The translations under genes were made by a program, and so were the position numbers. The notes below the pieces were generated by a model. That model did no database searches and was not told where the DNA came from. It was given only the letters and a program-made list of their open reading frames with translations. Shown one piece after another: positions 33,888 through 42,087 of a DNA stretch of 42,087 nt (its first letter is position 1; every line of letters begins with the position of its first letter). The stretch comes from Octopus bimaculoides (Eukaryota): NCBI RefSeq assembly GCF_001194135.2, contig NC_068989.1:55878574-55920660 (forward strand), read 5' to 3'.

Positions 33888-34294
33888 TGTGTATATATAT
33901 ATATATACTCACACGTGTATTGTTGTGTTTGTATGTAATGTATTGTACTGTATGGTAAAATCTGAAATGATATGGGTGTTCCTTGGACAGTAATGTCTAT
34001 TTGGTCCCACGCTAGGCTGGTGTTGTACAACGAAAGCCATTCAACCACGACCATTTATCGACATCGCTGCAGCCTCCACCATGAACAAGCCTCATCTCTT
34101 ACAAAAATATAAACAACAATAATTTTTTTTACCCCTTTCACTCGCCGCCTCTTTCCTTTTTTTTTCTCCTCTTTCTCGCAGTTTTGCTATTTTTCTTTTC
34201 ACGGTTGACCGATTTCTCCGCTGACTGGAGTCAATTCCAAACACACTAAAGCTTGTTAATGGCTGCTGCTGCTATTGCTACTTGTTTGTGTTAG

Positions 34295-34461
34295 TATGCA
34301 TATGTGTGTGTGTGTGTGTGTCTATGTGTGTGTGTGCGTGTATGTGGTCATGTTTGTACTGTGAGTGTATATGTGTGTGTGTGTAACTATGTGTACTTGT
34401 TTATATTTTTGTCTATGTATCTGTGAAGTTGTGTATGTACATGTTTGTATAATTGTATGTA

Positions 34462-34492
<31 letters not shown>

Positions 34493-35150
34493 CTGTGACT
34501 GTGGCTGTAATTGTTTATATTTGTGTCTATGGAGTTGTGTCTGTATGTTTGTATGCGTATTTGTATATATGTGTGAGTGTGTGTTTGTGTGTACGAATGT
34601 GTTGTGTCTATATCTGTCTGTGGGCGCGCGTTCGTTATTTGCTCTGTGTGTGTGTGCGTATGTGTTTGTGTGTGTGTTTTATGTGTCTATATGTAACAAA
34701 CGCAGCAACTGTTTTTGTTTTGTGTGGGGGAGGGGTAACTTGTACAGCTCCTTCAGTTACCCTGCCGCTATCACGTACACAGGCACATACAAATAAGCTT
34801 ATATATATATATATATATACGCTCCGACTAGAGTTTAACAGTTACTAATTTAGGCTTAAACACACAGACACAAATATATTTATACACACACATACCTATG
34901 TATTTGTGCTCTGTAGCGCACATATACACACACATGCACACACTCCAGCATATGATGCTTAAATACACACACATACACATATATATATATACATATATAT
35001 ACAAACACATTTAAATACTACCTCCCGTACAGACATACATACACATTAGCTCAAACACTAATATATATATATACACACACACATAATGAACTCATATACA
35101 CATATATACAAACATTCAATCAAACACTATTACACATACACTAATACATA
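34295..35150. repeat. Degenerate (TG)n then (CA)n/(TA)n microsatellite field
   Basis: Directly visible; source of the CV/HT-rich ORFs. Confidence 0.9.
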
Positions 35151-35269
35151 CACATGCATAATAAACATTCACTCAAACACGACCACACATACACGCATAC
35201 GTATACGTCAGCTAAAACACTGATACACACACATAATGAACGCACCACTACACATCACACGCTACTTAC

Positions 35270-35400
35270 TACTTCCACTACTCCTCAAATAGTGAACCCA
35301 GACGATAAAAGTAGGAGGAAGGGGAAGATAACGAAGAAGTAGAAGAAGAAGAAGAAGAAGAAAGAGGTTAGCAACACCGCCATATTGTATAGCGTTCTTT
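35270..35400 (-). other. Candidate first (5'UTR) exon of an unidentified gene
   Basis: Starts near the YY1 motif and ends at the donor GAAGTA|GTAAGT (35269-35264). Contains (TTC)n and a 32-codon ATG ORF. The start coordinate is approximate. Confidence 0.4.
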
Positions 35401-35500
35401 CTGCGCACCGCTGACTGCGCACCTCCTAATGACGTCACGTCAACATACACACATACGAAATCATGCACGGCTAAGCCAGACGTGACCCCTATGAACGCAT
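35370..35500 (-). promoter_or_regulatory. Candidate core promoter (YY1, CRE, paired TGCGCA)
   Basis: CCGCCATATT at 35377-35386; CTGCGCACC twice (35401-35409, 35415-35423); TGACGTCA at 35430-35437 overlapping CACGTCA; locally CpG-rich and non-repetitive. Confidence 0.6.
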
Positions 35501-35504
35501 GGCC

Positions 35505-35717
35505 CTGCTCCCCTTCTTTCTCATCCCTCTCCCCTGTCTTATCTTTTATCCTTTCTTTCAGCCACCTATATATTCTCTTTTTCCCTCTTTTGCTCACTTA
35601 CTCTTTCTCTGAAAAACTTTCGTTTTCTTTTCTTCTTTACTTATCACTACCTCCTACACCTTGTTTTATCTTCGTTTTTTTTCCGCCTTCCTTTCTCTCT
35701 CTCTCTCTCTCTTTCTG

Positions 35718-35754
<37 letters not shown>

Positions 35755-35853
35755 ATTCTTTTTTTTTTTCACTTTCTCGCTTTCCTCCACTTTCTACATA
35801 TTCCTTATGATCTTTTTTTTACTTTCTAATCCCTCTCTCTCTCTCTTTTTCTT

Positions 35854-35887
<34 letters not shown>

Positions 35888-35890
35888 ATA
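35505..35890. repeat. Polypyrimidine/(CT)n tract upstream of the candidate promoter
   Basis: Directly visible. Confidence 0.9.
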
Positions 35891-36105
35891 GCCTGACCAG
35901 GTCAAAGTCAATACTTGAAAGAAGACATGACTGCGGCGAGTTTTCTTTGTTCAGAGGCGTAACAAGGAAAGTAATTTAAATGTATAATATATGCACATGT
36001 ACACACATACGTACACACACACACACACACATATGTATATAGATTAGTTGAACCCCCCCAGATGTGTTCATCTTTTATGTGAATATATATATAAATATAT
36101 GTGTG

Positions 36106-36138
<33 letters not shown>

Positions 36139-36320
36139 ATGTGTGTATGTATGTATGTATGTGTGCGCATGTAACTTTGTTTACATAAATGCTGGAATCT
36201 TAAATCGACTGACTCTTTATTCTACCGACCTGGATCAGATGAAAGACAATGTTGACCTCTACGGGGCTTCAACTCAACGTAACAAAGTAGTGTAAGCATT
36301 TTGTACGATGCTCGAACGAT

Positions 36321-36368
<48 letters not shown>

Positions 36369-36545
36369 AAGAGAAAGAAAGCTAGGCAAATAGATGTAGA
36401 TATACATGCATGCATTCATACATACAGATGTATATGCGCGCGCGTGTGTGCAACAGTAAGCTATTTTGGTTTGGTTAGGAAATGGAAAAGCAGAAGTCTG
36501 TGTGAAGTTCTGAATACAAAATATTTGGTACTACTTTAACGTAGT

Positions 36546-36652
36546 CTAACTCTAACGCTAATCCTAAACCCTAACCCTGACCCCCAAAACCTAATCCTAA
36601 CCCTAAGCACCAACCCTAACCTTAAGCCCTAAATCTTAATTCTAACCCAAAC
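36546..36652. repeat. Degenerate (CCCTAA)n telomere-like array
   Basis: About 18 hexamers including exact CCCTAA and variants CTCTAA, TCCTAA, CCTTAA, CCCTGA. Confidence 0.8.
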
Positions 36653-36840
36653 CAGTTCATTTTATAGCGTAGACTACGGATACTGCAGTTGACTGCACGC
36701 TAATATAGCACTAAATATCTATTATTGTTAACAAAAATGTTGTTGGGCAGAACCAAAGAGAATTATATATTTATAGCAAGTAAAACAGTTTAGTAGTCTG
36801 TATCTACAGCAACGACAGTGACCGTGGGTAACGCAGATTT

Positions 36841-37168
36841 TTGACAGACCGTTATGAGCAAAAATGACCACTGTAAGTTACTAGACAAACGATCTACGTG
36901 TGAAATCTATACATAACGGTCTGTCAAGAAAAGAGAGAGAGAGAGAGAAAAAAAAAAGCGCTAAAAATAAATTGCAGAGGAAATTCCTGTTTCTGCAAGA
37001 AATTTCAGTGGACAGTTGTCTACTGACGTCATCAATCTTTGACAGAATCCTGTATTTGTTATTTAGTTGTCTTTTCGGTTGAAGAGGGATTTCTATCAAA
37101 GATTTGAGTGGTTTGTTGTTTCACTGACGTTATTCATTTTTGGCAGAATCCTGTTTGGGCTGTTTAGT
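36841..37168. promoter_or_regulatory. Candidate cis-regulatory module (TGACAG and CRE repeats)
   Basis: A 16-bp perfect inverted repeat containing TGACAG, plus a 46-bp direct repeat, each copy with a CRE-like and a TGACAG-like site. Confidence 0.35.
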
Positions 37169-37284
37169 AATTTCATACATCTGATTCGGGTTCGTTTTTT
37201 TAGGCAGTGAGATGGTGTTTCGAACTACCAAATATTCTTGCTACATATGTGTGCGTGTTACACACACACACACACACCTTTACC

Positions 37285-38010
37285 TCTTAATTGTTCCAGT
37301 CATTGCGCTATGGCCATGTTGTGGATCTACCTTGAAGGGTTTAATCGAAGAAACCGAACTCTACATATACTTTTAAGTCTGGTACCAATTTTATTGATCC
37401 CTTTGCCAAACTGTTAAGCTACAGGGACGTAAGCAAACAAACACCGGTTGACGAACTGTGTGGGTGGGGGCACATGCGCGCGCACACACACATGTATCCA
37501 TATAGGTTGTACGTCTATAAGGGATATCTCAAGTCGGATACCGCAGTTAATTAAGCTTCCCATGACGTATCTACATTGAGTAGGGTACACAGATTGCTCG
37601 GTTAAACTAATACAGCTTCTGCAACGTATAAGGATCTTTTACTTAACTGATCGGCTATTTTGCAAACCAATGACTTTCCAGTTACTGTTTTCCTAAGTCA
37701 GTGACTACAGATTCTCTCAAAGTGTGCTGCCGCCATTGGGTGCCTGCTACTGACAAATATCTAACACTGTACGTGTATAAGAGATCTCAGGACGATTATT
37801 GCAGTTAAGCTTTCCATAATGTTTCGGCATTACTATGGTACAAACACACACATATACGACAGGATTCTTTACAGTTTCCGTTTACCAAATTTGCTCACAA
37901 GGCGGTCAACCGGACGCTATGGAAGAAGCGATATCCCCACGATGTTGCACAACGGGACAGAACAAAGAAACCATTTGTTGAAAGTTCTTAACCACATAAA
38001 CATGCCTGTA
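37285..38010 (-). mobile_element. SINE family B split by an insert of about 340 bp
   Basis: Tail half at 37285-37496 and head half at 37839-38010. Confidence 0.7.
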
Positions 38011-38209
38011 TATAAACGTATGTAGAGTGTATGTATGTGTGTGTCTTTTCTGTATATAAACTTGTAGATATGTATATACATACATTTATGAGAATGATGT
38101 TACACACATTGTACATATATGGAAAACTTCTACCTACTGCTGGGTTTTTCGGAGTTTATATAATACACACACGTATCTGTGTGTAAATATTTGTATGTGT
38201 GTGCGCTCA

Positions 38210-38241
<32 letters not shown>

Positions 38242-38501
38242 TGTGTGTGTTGTTAAGTAACTTCTAAGACATTTATAACACAAAATCTGAAGTTATGAAA
38301 TTGCGAGATGTAAAAATACCTATATGTGTTGTCATTTTGATTACTCCAAGAACATTACTATGACAGAGAAAGTTAGGTAGGAAGGCGGAAGCGACAAAGT
38401 AGTGAATCTAGGTTTTAAAACGAAGAGAAAGTATTTGAGGTTATCAAAGTAAAGCAGTCATGTAGATTTTAAAGAAGGGCCTTTGGTTTTGAATTAACAT
38501 A

Positions 38502-38672
38502 GTAGGCTGTGTAGTTTAAAAAAAAACTTGCTTTGCAGCCTCGTAGTTTCGCATTCTGTGCCACTGTACGGCACCTCGGGCTGTCTTCAACGATAGCCCC
38601 GAGTCAACCATTGCCTTGTGAGCAAGAATGGTATGAGAAAACTGTATGGAAACCCGTCGTGTATGTGTGTGT
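38502..38672 (+). mobile_element. SINE family B head, diverged but CpG-retaining
   Basis: GGCTGTGTAG...GGCACCTCGGGC...GCCTTGTGAG...GAAACCCGTCG. Confidence 0.6.
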
Positions 38673-38723
38673 GAAAAAATGTATAGTAAATGAACAAACG
38701 TAAAACAGACACAGAATATATAT

Positions 38724-38943
38724 ATATTTCTTTATTGCTCACAGAGGGCTAAACATAGAGGGGACAGACAAGGGGATTAAGTCGATTACATCGACTCCAG
38801 TGATTAACTGGTACTTATTTAATCGACCCCGAAAGGATGAAAAGCAAAGTCGACCTCGGTGGAATTTGAACTCAGAACGTAACGGCAGACGAAATACCGC
38901 TAAGCATTTTGCCCGGTGTGCAAACGTTTCTGCCAGCTCGCCG
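38724..38943 (-). mobile_element. SINE family A, CpG-intact
   Basis: CGACCCCGAAAGGATGAAAAGCAAAGTCGACCTCGGTGGAATTTGAACTCAGAACG...GCCAGCTCGCCG. Confidence 0.9.
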
Positions 38944-39499
38944 TGTAAGAAAGAGAATATGTGTGCTTGCGCGTGTGTGTTCCTATAACTTAGCTAGTTA
39001 TCGACGAATCATATGACGAAGTAACTGGTCTGGTAGAGTTTTGTTCCAAAACAGTTTGCATGTCACACGTAGCCACATGGTTTAATTTTAACCGGATGAT
39101 ACTAGACTACGATGATTGTACGTGAAAGAAAAATAATTCCACTTTAGGTAAACAGGGATTGTATATCGTGTAATTGTGCATGAACCGAGTAGGATGGAGG
39201 TAATCTCGGTGAGACAGATTTGGCAATTGCGAACTTGAGATGAGTATCCATGAGCCCTGTAAGACTGTTTCGTGTAGTAGGTGAGGCAAGTCTTATTTTT
39301 TTTATTTATTTATTTTAGTACTGCTGGAATCTCCAGATAAAACAAGAGAATGAAATAGATTTCTCCTTGTCCCAACACTTGATGAAGTGCCTGTCTCGCA
39401 CTCCTTCAGGCATCAAGGAAATCTTTCCTTGAAATCATTTACTTTTATGCCCATGTACACACACACATACATACATACCCATTCATCCATACATACATA

Positions 39500-39541
<42 letters not shown>

Positions 39542-39551
39542 NNNNNNNNNN
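39542..39551. other. Assembly gap (10 N) within (TA)n
   Basis: N run. Confidence 1.
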
Positions 39552-39595
<44 letters not shown>

Positions 39596-40695
39596 ATTGG
39601 ATGGTGGTGAGTGTGGTTCTATAGACCACACCCTTTGAGAAACAGGATACTCCAAATGGGCTGTTGGTGGTTTTTCGACAGTTACAGATTGAGATGTGGA
39701 ATGAAGATTGTGTGGGATGTTTTTATTTCTGCTGTATCGGGAAATATTGGAAACGTTATTATCTAAGCACAAGTAGCTAACTTTGATATTATGACCATTA
39801 GAATATTTATTATATATTTAAGTTCTTTGGAAATGCCGAATTAGGGACTGGAGTTTCTAGCTGCATTAGTAGATAAATCTAGACTGATGGAAGATTGAGT
39901 CATATTAAATTTCTGAATCTCAATCTTTTGAGGATGGGAATGAAACCCTAAGAGACTGAGAAAGAGAATGGTAATAAAAATTAACTTATCAGTAAAGCAA
40001 CATTTTGCTAATACCACGTTTGCGGCCCTCCTGGAGATTTGTCTGTGTGCCGAAAGACGGGAGATTCTTCTGCTGATATCTGTGATATCTAATTACAACC
40101 GACGTTTTCTACAGAATCTACAATTATGTGTGTATTTACACGTATGCACGCACGGAAACAGTAGATACTATACGGTTGAGTAGTTGAGAAGCCAACAAGA
40201 CCCAGGTTTCGATCCCAATTACACGGTATCTTAGGCAAATGTCAATTTTTATAGCCTTAGAGCTATCTGTGTGTCAACATATGTGTGTACACACACACAC
40301 ACACACATTGATTCAGTCATAATAATTTAGAAAGTTCGAGAAAACGTGAAATAATTCAAAGTAGATATAACTATGAATAGTAGCATATAAATATTGGGAC
40401 ACGAACCTACATCTGTTAACTTGACATCTGTTCTATCATTAGACGTTCAAAATTCTCTGTCCATTTCAGACGCTTTGTTCTTATCAACGAGAATTATATG
40501 TTGTTTACATCGTAAGAATTTAGAAACTTTGAGAGAGTGTGAAACGATCAGTTTATAACTGTAGAACTCGGAGTAGATAAAGCTGTAAATTATAGCTTTT
40601 AATCCAATATTTACACGCTATGCTATTATATATAGATTTATCTACTTTGAGTATAAGGAGTTAAAAATAAACGATGCAACTTTCCTTTTTCTTCC

Positions 40696-41015
40696 TGGGA
40701 AAACAAGGCATCAGAATGCAGGACCTGGCGTCAGTCCTGCTTCTCCGCTATTCAAAAATTTGAGCAAAATTGACTCCAAAACCGGACCAACTTCGTGCAA
40801 GCATGAAGGCAAGCTAGCAAAACACTGCTACTCTAAATGGAAACCTTACCTGTCATTGTGGTTTTATGGTATGGAAGCAAAGCAGGCCTAGCCGTCCACT
40901 CAAGAAAACACAGTAAATATAATCCGCACTCAAGCAAACTGAGACCTCAACTTGTTCCATTTGCCAAATGGTTTGCAAGGCACTAGCAGGCCTCAAGAGA
41001 CACATTCGTATCCAT
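40696..41015 (+). mobile_element. RTE-like LINE ORF2 C-terminus with two C2H2-type fingers, decayed
   Basis: WENKASECRTWRQSCFSAIQKFEQN*; TCHCGF..(frameshift)SKAGLAVHSRKH; TCSICQMVCKALAGLKRHIRIH (40953-41015). Confidence 0.65.
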
Positions 41016-41129
41016 ATAGCATGCTCAATGCTTTATTTTACTGAACTCTCATTTATCGTTCACGACAAGAGAACCCATCGTATATACATAAAACTGATAA
41101 GAGTAGATATCAAACCGTGATTTTAGCCG

Positions 41130-41305
41130 TACGGTAGGGTAATAAAAAGTTCCTGGCTTTAAGGGTATCGTGAAAGACCTGGCTTGCAGCCCAACCTTCC
41201 AAGTTCTTTTACAGGGTTTAGAAAAACTGAAGGACCAATGCGATAAGTGTATGAAACTGAGAGGGGGAACATGTTGAATAAAATCATAACTGATCCTCCT
41301 GTATT
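41130..41305 (+). mobile_element. mariner-type MITE carrying the transposase C-terminus, right TIR missing
   Basis: TIR core AAAAGTTCCTGGCTTTAAGGG, then LQGLEKLKDQCDKCMKLRG(+1 G)EHVE*. Confidence 0.75.
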
Positions 41306-41431
41306 GGTACAAGAGGTGGCCAGACTCTGGATAAGGAGTAGACAATCACCATGTATGTATGTATGTACAGTGTCATAGCCCCAGGTTAGTCGATGCTACC
41401 AATCGGTTTTGAACTGGCTATTAGATAACCG

Positions 41432-41514
41432 GATATTAGATTACAACACGGCCAAATAACAGCACATGATCGTCAGAGTACGTGCTGTTATTTAACTGCG
41501 CGTTATCTAATATC
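41432..41514 (-). other. 83-nt imperfect hairpin (pre-miRNA-like or TE subterminal)
   Basis: Core AAATAACAGCAC/GTGCTGTTATTT; most mismatches become G-U pairs on the minus strand. Confidence 0.45.
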
Positions 41515-42087
41515 TAATTCTTACTGTCTTTCTGTTTCTGGATATGAGTGCAATAAGAGCTTAGACAATTTCTTTTCTAAGCCCTTATTATAATTATACA
41601 TATAACTTCACCTTAATCGGTTCCCTTTTATATGCTGGCCACTGATAATATTTTTAAAAAGTTTTATCCTCTATTATGCATGTATGTGTATAAATATATG
41701 CATGCCTGTGTGTGTGTGTGTGTGTGTATGAGAGAGAGTGTGAGAGGGGGAGAGAGAGTATTAAAATTAAAATTCTGTCTCAGATTTTAGAGAAAACTTC
41801 ATTGTAGCGATAAAGTTTTCAGTTAATATACTCTACTACACAAGCCCTCTTGCCTAAAATAATTTTCAGTATATTTCTAGAGTCTGGAATGTTGAAAACA
41901 GAAAATTTTGTTCCTTCTTTCAGAAACTTCCCTGCATTGTGTTTGGATGAAAAATACGCATATGTACGCGAAAACAGATACTCACAAACACAAATATACA
42001 TCATTTAGGGACATACACTAGCTATCTGCCTATCTACTTAACTCTCTCTCTCTCTCTCTTTCTCACTCACTTATATATATATATATG

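Noticed and set aside
33460-34054. ORFs of 120-176 aa spanning the second gap
   Set aside because: Made of X residues and dinucleotide repeats.
39413-39432. 9-bp perfect hairpin TCAAGGAAA-TC-TTTCCTTGA (also an 8-bp stem near 34733-34762)
   Set aside because: Short AT-rich palindromes are expected in 42 kb.

Overview
AT-rich eukaryotic, essentially non-coding DNA that is dense in microsatellites. The repeat families match, from memory, those of Octopus (coleoid cephalopod): RTE LINE tails ending in (GAT)n and three tRNA-derived SINE families called A, B and C here. This assignment is inference and needs a BLAST check. No intact host protein-coding exon was identified, and nearly all ORFs in the supplied track are microsatellite, N-run or transposon artefacts. 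(1) Positions 1-30 kb are a CpG-depleted transposon graveyard. It includes a heavily decayed but ordered Ty3/Gypsy element on the minus strand (gag-PR-RT-RH-IN-LTR, about 19.8-26.0 kb) carrying nested SINEs and LINE tails, plus CR1-group and RTE LINE fragments, a second Gypsy 3' end, and piggyBac-type and mariner-type MITEs. (2) From about 30.6 kb to the end, CpGs are retained. This part holds a compact promoter-like cluster at 35.37-35.50 kb (YY1, CRE and paired TGCGCA motifs) pointing to the minus strand with a GTAAGT donor, which suggests the left part is the methylated body (introns) of an unidentified gene. Structural oddities are a doubly used SINE insertion site with three TSD copies, an indel-free 24-bp x8 minisatellite derived from an RTE 3'UTR motif, a 150-bp-arm foldback, a telomere-like array bracketed by inverted repeats, a CRE+TGACAG 46-bp direct repeat, and a pre-miRNA-like hairpin. 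There are three assembly gaps. I see no firm evidence for a new multi-gene system.
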